Shown here piece after piece: positions 8,227 to 18,621 of a DNA stretch of 64,000 nucleotides. The position numbers were made by a program, and so were the translations under genes. Position 1 is the first letter of the stretch. Each line of letters starts with the position of its first letter. The DNA comes from Candidatus Nomurabacteria bacterium (GTDB taxonomy: Bacteria > Patescibacteriota > Minisyncoccia > Phycocordibacterales > UBA9973). The stretch spans positions 13,456 through 77,455 of the forward strand of contig CALRGH010000001.1 of assembly GCA_943357245.1 (NCBI GenBank). The letters are read 5' to 3'. Under the pieces are notes generated by a model. It was given only the letters and a program-made list of their open reading frames with translations. It had not been told where the DNA came from and searched no databases.

Positions 8227-9561
8227 TTAATCAAAATAGTTACGAAGTCTTGAAATTTTCTCATTATTGCGCAATTTCTCATGCACTTTTGCCTCGATCT
8301 GACGAATACGTTCACGAGTGACACCGAATTCAGTACCTACTTCTTCAAGCGTATGCTGTACCCCATCAGTCAATCCATAGCGAAGTTCCAAAATTTTGCG
8401 TTCTTTCGGAGACAGTTCGGAAAGCACTTCTTTGATTTGATCTTGCAATATGCGGCGTGAAGATTCTTGGTCAGGGCGAAGGATTTTGTCATCCGCGATA
8501 AATTCTCCACGAGTAGATTTGTCTTCATCATCCCCGATTGGTTGTTCGAGTGATACGGTTTCTTGGTTGATGCTTTCAATGATGTGCACCTTCTCAACTT
8601 CAATACCCATTTCTGTTGCAATCTCTTCTGCGAGCGGTTCACGACCCAAATCTTGAGACAATCGGCGCATCACTTGTTTGTATTTTGAAATCGTTTCCAC
8701 CATGTGCACTGGAATACGGATCGTGCGAGATTGGTCTGCGAGTGCACGTGTGATTGATTGGCGAATCCACCACGTCGCATACGTTGAGAATTTAAATCCT
8801 TTCGTCCAGTCGAACTTTTCAACCGCTTTAAACAAACCCAAATTTCCTTCTTGAATAAGATCAAGGAGTGTCAAATCAGAAGAGCGTCCAACATATTTCT
8901 TCGCAATAGAAACCACAAGACGAAGGTTTGCACGCGCGAGCAAATTCTTTGCTTCCATATCACCTGCTTGAATTCGCTTTGCAAGATCTTTTTCTTCTTG
9001 CGCATGGATCAACGGAAATTGTCCAATCTCTTTCAAATAAATCTGGATAGAGTCATAACTCGCTGCATCTTTGGTGCCATATTTGCCGAATGCTTTCGTA
9101 TCATCTTTTGCAGGCACATCGATATCGAGCAAATTACCACCTTCGAGCACATCCACCCCTGCAGTTTGAAATTTATCATAGAGCCCATCCAAGAAAAGCA
9201 CGTTACTTTCGATATCTGGAAACATGCGCAAAATTTCATCATACGTGATGAAGCCACGGCGCTTCCCTTTCTCCACCAAATCCCCCGCTAGTTTATCCCA
9301 AAGCACTGCTCGTTTTTCGGAGACCGTAGCTCGTTTTTTGTCGCCACCTTTTTTGCTCCGCCAGCTGGCGGATTTTTTAGGAGCAGCTTTTTTTACCACT
9401 TTTTTCTTGGCTCCGCCAGCTGGCGGATTTTTTTTCACTACTTTTTTAATTTGCTTTTTTGCAGGCTTTTTAGCTACCTTTTTCTTGGCTCCGCCAGCTG
9501 GCGGATTTTTTTTCACTACTTTTTTCTTTTTTGCTTTTGGCTTTGATTTTTTTGATGACAT
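8227..9561 (-). CDS. rpoD: RNA polymerase sigma-70 factor RpoD with a Lys-rich repetitive N-terminal extension
   Basis: Region 2 ([56 protein letters not shown]) and regions 3-4 are present. The N-terminal roughly 70 aa are [15 protein letters not shown] repeats. It lies downstream of dnaG, the macromolecular synthesis operon arrangement. Confidence 0.92.
   Translation of the reverse strand: MSSKKSKPKAKKKKVVKKNPPAGGAKKKVAKKPAKKQIKKVVKKNPPAGGAKKKVVKKAAPKKSASWRSKKGGDKKRATVSEKRAVLWDKLAGDLVEKGKRRGFITYDEILRMFPDIESNVLFLDGLYDKFQTAGVDVLEGGNLLDIDVPAKDDTKAFGKYGTKDAASYDSIQIYLKEIGQFPLIHAQEEKDLAKRIQAGDMEAKNLLARANLRLVVSIAKKYVGRSSDLTLLDLIQEGNLGLFKAVEKFDWTKGFKFSTYATWWIRQSITRALADQSRTIRIPVHMVETISKYKQVMRRLSQDLGREPLAEEIATEMGIEVEKVHIIESINQETVSLEQPIGDDEDKSTRGEFIADDKILRPDQESSRRILQDQIKEVLSELSPKERKILELRYGLTDGVQHTLEEVGTEFGVTRERIRQIEAKVHEKLRNNEKISRLRNYFD
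9350..9510. repeat. three imperfect tandem repeats (spacing 55 and 78 bp) inside the rpoD 5-prime end, each containing the palindrome CCGCCAGCTGGCGG
   Basis: GCTCCGCCAGCTGGCGGATTTTTT is read at 9358-9371, 9413-9426 and 9491-9504. Copies 2 and 3 are in frame, while copy 1 is shifted by one nucleotide. Confidence 0.8.
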
Positions 9562-9567
9562 ATGGTA

Positions 9568-11292
9568 TTAAAAACGATTACTTTTAATGGTCTCTAGTTG
9601 CTTTGAAATGGTGGCTATAGTTTGTAAGTGATTGGCGACTCCAGTGTCATCTTTATTCGCTTCTGCTTTGCGGAGTTCTCGCATTGCTTCTTCAAGACGT
9701 TTACTCAATAATTTCGATTCAAACAGTGACAATAATTCAGTGAGTTCTTTTTTGTGTTCTCCATGTTCTCCGAATGTCGCCTCTGCAATAAATAACATTC
9801 GTTCGCGGGTGCTCTGATCAAGTGCGTCGGTCACTATATTTGGATCTTTACCCGTAATCCGCTCATACTCACGACATGCATGCTCATATTCTTCTTTGCC
9901 CAGATACGCCGTTTTTCCTAATAAAAAGTACGAGAGCAATCGTTCTTCCGTAAGATCAATAACTGGCGGAGATTCTCCAGATGATTTACTAACAGTTTCT
10001 ATCTTTACTGCAGGTGTAGCGAGGGTGATGCGAGTAACTTCATCGCGAATATCAGCTTCTTGTAATCCTGCACTGTTAGCAATCTTTGCAATAAAATGTC
10101 CTCGCTCAAGTGGACTGCGCACACGAGCGACATACGGCAACACTTCATCACGAATACGTTTTACCACTGTTCGCTCATCTGCGTGTTCTGCGAGCACGTT
10201 TTCAAGAAAAAAATCTACGACGTGCATGCGATTTGCTATTGCGGTCCGCCACAATTCTCCATCTTCTTTAATGAGGTCCGCTGGATCTTTCCCATGCCCA
10301 ATGCGTATCATCGTAACATCCATACCTTCTGTAAGTGCAAGTTCGATACTACGACGTGCCGCTTGCACCCCTGCTTTATCGGCATCAAATGAAAGTGCGA
10401 CATTTTGGGTAAACCGACGTATCAAATCGAGTTGCTCTTTCGTAAATGCTGTTCCTGAAACGGCAACCGTATTTTTTGTCCCTGCCTGATGCGCCATGAT
10501 TAAGTCCATCTGCCCTTCAACCACAATACAACAATCTTCACGCATGAGTGCCTGTTTTGCCATGTCATACCCAAACAAAATTTTCGATTTTGAATACAAA
10601 GTCGTCTCTGGAGAGTTTACATATTTGGCGACATTTGTATCTTTTGCCGCGTCTCCGAAAATTCTTCCAGAATATGCGACGACTCGCCCTTGCGTATCAC
10701 GAATCGGAAACATAATGCGCGAGCGAAATCGGTCATACGCACCTCGGTCGCTCATCGCCGTCATCCCTGTCGCTTTTAATTCTTCATCGGTGTACCCTTT
10801 TTGAATTAAATTCGCAGATACGGTGTTGCCATACGCTGGCGCAAATCCAATTTGAAATGCATCAATCGTATCTTGGGTAAGTCCTCGTCCCAATAAATAT
10901 GCACTTACTTCAGGAGATTCTCGGAGTGTATCTACAAAAAATGCAGTTGCGTCTGTAAGTAATGCCAAGAGCCGTTTATTTTTTTGTACTTGTTCGGTAA
11001 CGCCTTTGTATTCAGACAGTGGCACATGTGCGCGTTCTGCAAGAATTTTGAGTGTTTCCGAAAAATCAGTGCCTTCGATTTCTTCTACGAAAGTAAAAAT
11101 GTCGCCACCTTTACCACAACCGAAACAATGAAAGCTGTTGCGCCCTGGGGACACAAAAAACGATGCTGATTTTTCACTGTGAAAGGGACAACGTGCTTTG
11201 TAGTAGAGCCCTGATTTTTCAAGCTTGATGTACCCACCAACAACGTCGGTGATGGAGAGTTTTTCTTTGATGCGTTCAACAGGTGTAAGCAT
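9568..11292 (-). CDS. dnaG: DNA primase
   Basis: Zinc-ribbon CPFHSEKSASFFVSPGRNSFHCFGCGKGGD and a Toprim domain. The ORF-track start at 11301 is TTG, so the first ATG (MLTPVERIKEKL) at 11292 is used. Confidence 0.9.
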   Translation of the reverse strand: MLTPVERIKEKLSITDVVGGYIKLEKSGLYYKARCPFHSEKSASFFVSPGRNSFHCFGCGKGGDIFTFVEEIEGTDFSETLKILAERAHVPLSEYKGVTEQVQKNKRLLALLTDATAFFVDTLRESPEVSAYLLGRGLTQDTIDAFQIGFAPAYGNTVSANLIQKGYTDEELKATGMTAMSDRGAYDRFRSRIMFPIRDTQGRVVAYSGRIFGDAAKDTNVAKYVNSPETTLYSKSKILFGYDMAKQALMREDCCIVVEGQMDLIMAHQAGTKNTVAVSGTAFTKEQLDLIRRFTQNVALSFDADKAGVQAARRSIELALTEGMDVTMIRIGHGKDPADLIKEDGELWRTAIANRMHVVDFFLENVLAEHADERTVVKRIRDEVLPYVARVRSPLERGHFIAKIANSAGLQEADIRDEVTRITLATPAVKIETVSKSSGESPPVIDLTEERLLSYFLLGKTAYLGKEEYEHACREYERITGKDPNIVTDALDQSTRERMLFIAEATFGEHGEHKKELTELLSLFESKLLSKRLEEAMRELRKAEANKDDTGVANHLQTIATISKQLETIKSNRF

Positions 11293-11431
11293 ATATACCA
11301 ATATACGAATTATACTAATGATACGAATGTTGCGAATGGCACCTCGTTATTTTCTTTATATCGAGAAGGTAGATCTTGAATGCGTTATTCGTAGTATTCG
11401 TATATTCGCACTCATTTGTATGTTTGTATGT

Positions 11432-14400
11432 CTACTCTGCCACTTGTCGAGCAAGTTCTGGTGCTTCATTTTCAATACGAGATTCGTGATGCATATCAGT
11501 ATCTGATGGTATATCTTCAGGATCGATACCAGCAAATCCAAATCCAGTACCTGCAGGAATCAATCGGCCAATGATAACATTTTCTTTAAGACCACGGAGT
11601 CGGTCAACACCACCTTTGATTGCATTGTTGATGAGCACACGGTTTGTGTTTTGGAATGATGCTGCGGACATCCAACTTTTTGTGTTAAGTGACGTTTCAG
11701 TAATACCCAAGACGATAGTGTCTGCTTTTGCAACTTCACCACCACTTGCCTTTGTTCGTTCATTTTCTTCGATGAGTTCAATATTTTCAACCATTTCACC
11801 CGGAGAAAACATTGTTGTACCTGGATCTTTAACGCGCTTTCGAGAGAACATTTGGCGAATAATAATTTCGATGTGTTTGCGCGCGATAGATGCACCTTGC
11901 AATTCGTACACTTTGTTGATTTCTGTAATGATGTAATCTTCTGCTTTTCCTTGACTGCCGTATTTGAAGATGAGTGCAATATCTGCAGAACCATCCGTAA
12001 GGAGATCGCCTTTCGCTACCTTGTGACCAACTTTGACAATCGGTGTTCGGCGAGGAAGGACCACATATTCCATACTATTTGATCCGTCTGCTGTTTTCTC
12101 ATCAGAAGCAACGACGATAATTTTTTCAGTTCCGTTTTGTCGGATTTCCAATACTTCGCCATCATGCTGAGCAACAATAGCAGGATTTTTGATATTTGAA
12201 CGACGTTCAAAAATTTCTTCGATACGTGGAAGACCTTGCGTAATGTCGACTCCAGCGAGACCGCCGGCGTGGAAAGTACGAAGCGTGAGCTGGGTACCTG
12301 GTTCACCGATAGCTTGTGCAGCGACGATACCGACCGCTTCACCGAGATTAACCAAGTGATTGCGTCCAAGATCAAGACCGTAACACGCTCGGCAGATGCC
12401 GTGCACTGTTTTACAGGTAAGCGGTGAGCGAACAAATGCTTCTGTGATACCTGCTTTTTCCATTTTCATTGCTTCTTCTTTCGTAACCAAGAAACCGCGT
12501 TTGTAGAGTGATTTACCATCAGCGTCTTTGATATCACTTGCAAGTACGCGACCACGCATCACTTTTGCAAATGGAATCGTAACACCGGAAATAGTTTCTG
12601 CACGTGCGGCTTTGCCTTCTTTGGTACCACAATCTTCTTCAGTGATAACCATATCTTGCGCAACATCAACGAGACGTCGAGTAAGGTACCCAGCTTTCGC
12701 AGTGTTAAGCGCAGTATCGGCAAGACCTTTACGTGAACCGTGCGTTGTAATGAAGTATTCAAGTGGAGAGAGTCCTTCTTTGTAGGAAGAAATAATTGGG
12801 AAGTCGATAGTGTCCCCAGCAGTGTTCTGGATCAAACCTTTCATACCTGCCATTTGTGTCACCTGTGCAATCGAACCGCGGGCACCAGAGGTAACCATGT
12901 CATATACAGATCCTGATTTATCAAGTGTATCTGGAATGTGTTTTTCAATTTCACTTTTCTTGTGTTCCCAAATTTCAATAACTTTTTGTTTCTTTTCTTC
13001 GACAGACAAGAGACCATCGTTGTATTGTTCGATAACTTTTGCTTCTTCTTTACGTCCTTCTGCAACAATACCTGCTTTTGCCTCTGGTGTTTTCACACTT
13101 TGGAATCCAAAGGTACCACCAGATTGTGTCGCGTACAAATAGCCGAAGTGTTTAATTTTGTCGATGATTGGTGGGGTGTTGTCGATACCAATGTGCACGA
13201 TCATTTCGTCGATGAGTGATGAAAGTGTTTTCTTAGTGACTTCTTGGTTTAGATACGGAAAATCATTTGGAAGCACACTGTTGAAAAGCAATCGTCCTAC
13301 GGTTGTATCAAATGGCTTACCATCGTACGCTTTGTATTTTGTGTGTTCAGAAGGCATGACTTTGATTTTTGCATGGAAGGATACTTCGCCGTAATCGTAT
13401 ACCGTAATCGCTTCATTTGGACTTGAGAAAATTTTACCTTCACCCTTTTGGTTTGGCATTTCTTTCGTCATCCAGAAACAACCAAGCACAATGTCTTGTG
13501 ATGGAAGGATAATAGGCTCACCGTTTTGTGGCTTGAGTAAGTTTCTATTTGCTGCCATCAAATTCTTTGCTTCAGCTTGCGCTTTATCAGAAAGTGGTAA
13601 GTAGACAGCCATCTGGTCTCCATCGAAGTCAGCGTTGAATGCAGTACACACGAGTGGGTGCAATTGAATAGCATTTCCTTCGATGAGAATCGGATTGAAA
13701 GCTTGAATACCAAGACGGTGCAATGTCGGTGCGCGGTTTAGAAGCACGTATTTACCCTTGATCGCTTCTTCGAGAATTGCCCACACTTCTGGGACGCGTT
13801 CTTCGATGAGTTTGTTTGAACCGCGAATGTTGTGCGCGAGTTCTTGTTTGATCAATTTTGAAATAATAAAGGGGCGGAACAATTCAAGTGCCATGTGTTT
13901 CGGAAGTCCGCATTGATTCAACTTTAAGTTTGGACCAACAACGATAACAGAACGAGCAGAATAGTCTACGCGCTTACCGAGCAAGTTTTGACGGAAGAGA
14001 CCTTGTTTTGATTTCAAGTTATCCGAAAGAGACTTGAGTGCTCGCTTTTGTGATTGAGAAACAGCTTGTGAATCATTTTGACGCGCGATTGAGTTGTCGA
14101 TAAGCGCATCAACTGCTTCTTGAAGAATACGTTTTTCGTTACGCAAAATAACATCTGGCGCACCGATTTCTTTCAACTTTTTCAAACGGTTGTTGCGGTT
14201 GATAACACGACGATAGAGGTCGTTGATATCACTCGTTGCATGTCGTCCACCTTCAAGAGCCACCATAGGACGGAGTGCTGGTGGGATAACAGGTAAACGA
14301 GTGAGAAACATCCATTCAGGACGCACTTTTGCATGAATCATCGAACGGATAACTGCCATGCGGCGTTCCATTTTTTCTTTTTCGAGCGCACCTGCTTTAT

Positions 14401-15115
14401 CAATCAAGCGCTGTGTCTCCACGCGGAGTTTTTCAAGATCAAGATTTTTGAAGATCGTGTAGATTGCTTCTGCGCCAATCCCTGCTTCAAAACAAGTTCC
14501 GTATCGCAAACTGAAATTGTGATATGCGAGCTCGCCCAAGACTTTTCCTGGCACAATTTCGCCGACTTCTTTTTTGGTACTCGTAAGAAGTGCTTTTAAT
14601 TTTTCTTTTGTATCTTCGTCTTCGGTACTTTTTACTTTTGATTTGTATTCACTTTCAATATCTTTCAAGATATTCGCTTTTTCTTCATCATTTACTTTTG
14701 TAATGATGTAGCCAGCGAAATAAATAACTTTTTCAAGATCAGTAACGGTTGTATTAAAGAGGATCGACATGCGAGATGGCACGCCACGAAGGAACCAAAT
14801 GTGGGCAACGGGAGATGCAAGTTCGATGTGGCCCATGCGTTCACGACGAACGATAGATTTGGTAACTTCAACGCCACACTTTTCACAGACGATATCCTTG
14901 TAACGAATACGTCGGTATTTTCCACAGTAACACTCATAGTCTTTTTCTGGACCAAAGATTCGTTCATCAAAGAGACCGCCGCGTTCTGAGCGACCAGTTC
15001 GGTAGTTGATTGTTTCTGGCTTTGTGATTTCACCATAACTCCATGACAAAATATCTTCAGGAGAAGCGAGCTTGATTGCGATGTTGTTAAAATTTGTTGT
15101 GTCTAATGTTTTCAT
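11432..15115 (-). CDS. rpoC: DNA-directed RNA polymerase subunit beta-prime
   Basis: NADFDGDQMAVYLPLS catalytic motif. Zinc-binding CCGKYRRIRYKDIVCEKCGVEV. 1227 aa. Confidence 0.95.
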   Translation of the reverse strand: MKTLDTTNFNNIAIKLASPEDILSWSYGEITKPETINYRTGRSERGGLFDERIFGPEKDYECYCGKYRRIRYKDIVCEKCGVEVTKSIVRRERMGHIELASPVAHIWFLRGVPSRMSILFNTTVTDLEKVIYFAGYIITKVNDEEKANILKDIESEYKSKVKSTEDEDTKEKLKALLTSTKKEVGEIVPGKVLGELAYHNFSLRYGTCFEAGIGAEAIYTIFKNLDLEKLRVETQRLIDKAGALEKEKMERRMAVIRSMIHAKVRPEWMFLTRLPVIPPALRPMVALEGGRHATSDINDLYRRVINRNNRLKKLKEIGAPDVILRNEKRILQEAVDALIDNSIARQNDSQAVSQSQKRALKSLSDNLKSKQGLFRQNLLGKRVDYSARSVIVVGPNLKLNQCGLPKHMALELFRPFIISKLIKQELAHNIRGSNKLIEERVPEVWAILEEAIKGKYVLLNRAPTLHRLGIQAFNPILIEGNAIQLHPLVCTAFNADFDGDQMAVYLPLSDKAQAEAKNLMAANRNLLKPQNGEPIILPSQDIVLGCFWMTKEMPNQKGEGKIFSSPNEAITVYDYGEVSFHAKIKVMPSEHTKYKAYDGKPFDTTVGRLLFNSVLPNDFPYLNQEVTKKTLSSLIDEMIVHIGIDNTPPIIDKIKHFGYLYATQSGGTFGFQSVKTPEAKAGIVAEGRKEEAKVIEQYNDGLLSVEEKKQKVIEIWEHKKSEIEKHIPDTLDKSGSVYDMVTSGARGSIAQVTQMAGMKGLIQNTAGDTIDFPIISSYKEGLSPLEYFITTHGSRKGLADTALNTAKAGYLTRRLVDVAQDMVITEEDCGTKEGKAARAETISGVTIPFAKVMRGRVLASDIKDADGKSLYKRGFLVTKEEAMKMEKAGITEAFVRSPLTCKTVHGICRACYGLDLGRNHLVNLGEAVGIVAAQAIGEPGTQLTLRTFHAGGLAGVDITQGLPRIEEIFERRSNIKNPAIVAQHDGEVLEIRQNGTEKIIVVASDEKTADGSNSMEYVVLPRRTPIVKVGHKVAKGDLLTDGSADIALIFKYGSQGKAEDYIITEINKVYELQGASIARKHIEIIIRQMFSRKRVKDPGTTMFSPGEMVENIELIEENERTKASGGEVAKADTIVLGITETSLNTKSWMSAASFQNTNRVLINNAIKGGVDRLRGLKENVIIGRLIPAGTGFGFAGIDPEDIPSDTDMHHESRIENEAPELARQVAE

Positions 15116-15122
15116 AGGTTTT

Positions 15123-15185
15123 GTAAATAGTTAGTCCGACCTTCGTCGGACTCCGACATAGGTCGGAGTAGTTAGTAATAAATAG
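15123..15185. repeat. double-hairpin repeat element (GTCCGAC-CTTC-GTCGGAC then CTCCGAC-ATAG-GTCGGAG) in the rpoC-rpoB intergenic spacer; inverted second copy at 40634-40700
   Basis: The 48-bp core 15123-15170 is identical to the reverse complement of 40649-40696. Confidence 0.85.
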
Positions 15186-15210
15186 TTTTTTATCTAATCT
15201 ACGAGGCTAA

Positions 15211-18200
15211 CTAGTTTTCAAGATTATCGTTCTTCAATATGACATCAAGTGCAAGACCGCGAAGGTAATTTAACATCACCTTAAACGATGCTGGTGCATT
15301 TGGTTGTCTAATTGGTTCACCTTTGATAATAGAATCAAATGTCTGCGAACGACCTAAAATATCGTCAGACTTAATCGTTAACATTTCACGAAGAATGTGG
15401 GATGCGCCGTATCCTTCAAGTGCCCACACTTCCATTTCTCCGAAGCGTTGACCTCCTCCTTGTGCCTTACCGCCGAGTGGCTGTTGCGTAATGAGTGAGT
15501 AGGGTCCAATTGAACGCATGTGAATCTTGTCTTCCACCATGTGGTGCAGTTTCAAGACATACATATAGCCGATAGCAATATCTTGTTCGAATGCATCACC
15601 GGTGCGTCCATCAAAAAGTTTGATGCGACCGTGTTCTGGGAATCCTCCGGCTACTAATTCTTTCTTAATTTCGTTTTCATTTGCACCAGAGAACGGTGGC
15701 ACGATAGCTTGATAACCAAGCGCATTTGCCGCAAGTCCTAAGTGCATTTCCAAAATCTGTCCAAGGTTCATACGTGATGGGACACCGAGCGGCGTAAGTG
15801 CAATATCAACAGGTGTTCCATCTGCCATGTATGGCATATCTTCTTCAGGTAAGATGATTGAAATAACACCCTTGTTACCGTGGCGACCAGCGAGTTTATC
15901 ACCCACTGAAATGTTGCGGATCTGTGCGACTTCAACAATTACTTTTTTGATGATACCGGATTCCAAATTGTGTCCTTTGTCGCGAGAGAAAATTTTCACG
16001 CCGATAACACGACCACGTTTGCCGTGTTCCATACGAGTTGAGGTATCTTTCACATCGCGTGCTTTTTCTGAGAAGATCGAGCGGAGCAAGCGTTCTTCTG
16101 GCGTGAGTTCTGTTTCGCCTTTTGGAGTAATTTTACCAACCAAAATATCATTTTCGCGCACTTCTGCACCAACACGAATGATGCCTTCTTCATCGAGATC
16201 CTTCAATTTTGTTTCGCCGACGTTTGGAATATCGCGTGTTGTTTGTTCAGGTCCAAGTTTTGTATCGCGAACGGTACAAATAAATTCTTCAATATAAATA
16301 GATGTGAATTTTGAATTCTTTACGAGACGCTCTGAGAGAATGATCGCGTCTTCATAGTTTTGTCCACTCCATGACATGAATGCAACGAGGACGTTTTGTC
16401 CAAGTGCAATTTGTCCATGATCTGTTGTCGAAGTATCTCCGAGCACTTGTCCTTTTTTGACTTTCTCACCTACTGCAACAATTGGACGTTGGTGAAATGA
16501 ACCGAAGTTGTTGGTTCGAGAGAAGTTGACGAGCGGATAATTTATTTTTGTTTTTCCATCAACCACAATGTGCTGTGCATCTACTGCGGTAATAACGCCA
16601 TCTTCTTTTGAAATAATAAGTCGTCCTGAATATCGTGCGGCCAATTCTTCCATACCAGTAGCTACGAGTGGTGCTTCTGGGCGAACCACCGCCATCGCCT
16701 GCTTTTGCATGTTTGATCCCATGAGTGATCGGTTTGCATCATCGTGTTCGAGGAATGGAATCATAGATGTTGCAATAGAAAATGCTTGGTTTGATGCGAC
16801 GTCGATAAAATCCACTTCATCTTTTGCAACAAGACCTGGTTCTGTTTTTACGCGAGCTTCGACGAATGGTGCGGTAATGGTACCTTTATCGTCATATGGG
16901 ATTTGCGCGTGCGCAATGTTGTACTGTTCTTCTTCAAGCGCATTTAAATACACCACTTCGCCGGTGATTTTTCCTTTCTTTACTTTAATATATGGAGATT
17001 CGATGATACCGAAATCGTTCACACGAGCATAGGTTGCCAAGTGCAAGATAAGACCGATGTTCGGACCTTCTGGAGTGTGAATAGGACACACGCGACCATA
17101 GTGGGAGGTGTGTACGTCACGAACTTCAAGAGAAGCGCGTTCACGTGTCAAACCGCCGGGACCGAGTGCTGAGAGGGTTCGCAAGTGCTCGATTTCTGCC
17201 AAGACATTTTCTTGGTTCATAAATTGTGAGAGCTGGTTTGTCGTGAAAAATTCCTTAATACGAGCTTGGAGGGGACGTTGGTTGACGATAGCAATAGGAA
17301 GCGCTGTCGTAATATCGATAGTCGACATACGATCTTGAATGTTGCGCTTGATTTGCGTCATACCGATACGCACTTTTTGCTGGAGCAATTCTCCGACATA
17401 ACGAACTCGGCGTTGTGCCAAGTTGTCGATATCATCTGCTTTTGCATCCGGTGTCGTGATAAGCGTCATGATGTGATCAATGATTGTTGCCAAGTCATCG
17501 ATTGAAAGCGTGCGTCGTGCAAGTTCTTTGTCGCCCATGTCTTTTTCGAATCGTTTGTTGAAACGGAAACGACCGACAGGAGAAAGATCGTAGCGTTCCG
17601 GAGAGAACATATTTTTGATAAATTCGCGAGCATTATCTGCAGTTGCAAGGTCGCCATCGCGAAGACGCTTATAGATTTCAATGTTTGCTGATTGGATATC
17701 TTTTGCAGTATCTTTTTCAATCGCAACAGAAAGCATGTGCTTTGATGCATCAGATTTTACCAATTTTTGCATCGCCGCTAAATCTGTAAGACCAAAAACA
17801 CGCAAAAGAGACGTAATTGGGAATTTACGTTTTTTGTCGATACGGACATAGAGAATACCATCTGCATCGGCTTCAATTTCCATCCACACACCACGTGCCG
17901 GAATGATTTTTGCGCCGAAGAACGTCTTCCCTTTCACTTCATTTTCAATAAAGAACACGCCGAATGAGCGTGCGAGCTGTGGCACAATAACGCGTTCAAC
18001 GCCGTTGATCACAAACGTACCGTGGCCGGTCATCATCGGCACATCTGCCATGAAAATTTCCTGCTCCTTCGCATCGCCCGCCATTGTCTTATTAATAAGC
18101 TTCACGCGCGCTTTCAAAGGCGCTTCGTAGGAGAGCTTATTTGCACGAGCAAAATGTTCGTCATGTTTTGGTTCACCGATATAAAAAGAGACAAATTCAA

Positions 18201-18381
18201 GATCGAACTTTTTTCCTGAATAATCAGAAATTGGCGAAAATTCTTTGAACACTTCTTTCAAACCGCTCTCGATGAGCCAGTCGAATGAAGATATTTGTGT
18301 TTCCAAAAGGTTCGGAAACGGGACAAGAGGCGTCTTATACTTTGAGAAAAATTTCTTTTCTCGGGTGGTGTGTTTCGGCAT
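15211..18381 (-). CDS. rpoB: DNA-directed RNA polymerase subunit beta
   Basis: 1056 aa. Conserved beta-subunit blocks are present, for example GRHGNKGVISIILPEEDMPY and the rifampicin-cluster region. Confidence 0.95.
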   Translation of the reverse strand: MPKHTTREKKFFSKYKTPLVPFPNLLETQISSFDWLIESGLKEVFKEFSPISDYSGKKFDLEFVSFYIGEPKHDEHFARANKLSYEAPLKARVKLINKTMAGDAKEQEIFMADVPMMTGHGTFVINGVERVIVPQLARSFGVFFIENEVKGKTFFGAKIIPARGVWMEIEADADGILYVRIDKKRKFPITSLLRVFGLTDLAAMQKLVKSDASKHMLSVAIEKDTAKDIQSANIEIYKRLRDGDLATADNAREFIKNMFSPERYDLSPVGRFRFNKRFEKDMGDKELARRTLSIDDLATIIDHIMTLITTPDAKADDIDNLAQRRVRYVGELLQQKVRIGMTQIKRNIQDRMSTIDITTALPIAIVNQRPLQARIKEFFTTNQLSQFMNQENVLAEIEHLRTLSALGPGGLTRERASLEVRDVHTSHYGRVCPIHTPEGPNIGLILHLATYARVNDFGIIESPYIKVKKGKITGEVVYLNALEEEQYNIAHAQIPYDDKGTITAPFVEARVKTEPGLVAKDEVDFIDVASNQAFSIATSMIPFLEHDDANRSLMGSNMQKQAMAVVRPEAPLVATGMEELAARYSGRLIISKEDGVITAVDAQHIVVDGKTKINYPLVNFSRTNNFGSFHQRPIVAVGEKVKKGQVLGDTSTTDHGQIALGQNVLVAFMSWSGQNYEDAIILSERLVKNSKFTSIYIEEFICTVRDTKLGPEQTTRDIPNVGETKLKDLDEEGIIRVGAEVRENDILVGKITPKGETELTPEERLLRSIFSEKARDVKDTSTRMEHGKRGRVIGVKIFSRDKGHNLESGIIKKVIVEVAQIRNISVGDKLAGRHGNKGVISIILPEEDMPYMADGTPVDIALTPLGVPSRMNLGQILEMHLGLAANALGYQAIVPPFSGANENEIKKELVAGGFPEHGRIKLFDGRTGDAFEQDIAIGYMYVLKLHHMVEDKIHMRSIGPYSLITQQPLGGKAQGGGQRFGEMEVWALEGYGASHILREMLTIKSDDILGRSQTFDSIIKGEPIRQPNAPASFKVMLNYLRGLALDVILKNDNLEN

Positions 18382-18621
18382 ATATATGCTGTTGTCGACA
18401 CAAGCACAGAGAGACGCAAAAAACCAAAAACAAGCGCGATGGCGCTTCTTTGATTATTATGCTGCTATCTTTGCCGATGTGAACAAAATTAAGGAGAAAA
18501 AGGTTGATAATCGGCGTGCCCCCAAAACTCAATCTAGTGAAAAGAGCATATCAAAATTCCAATCAAAAGTCAAGGATAAGGTCAAGGGGATAACTTTTTA
18601 GTAACTGTCAGAACGGTCCTG

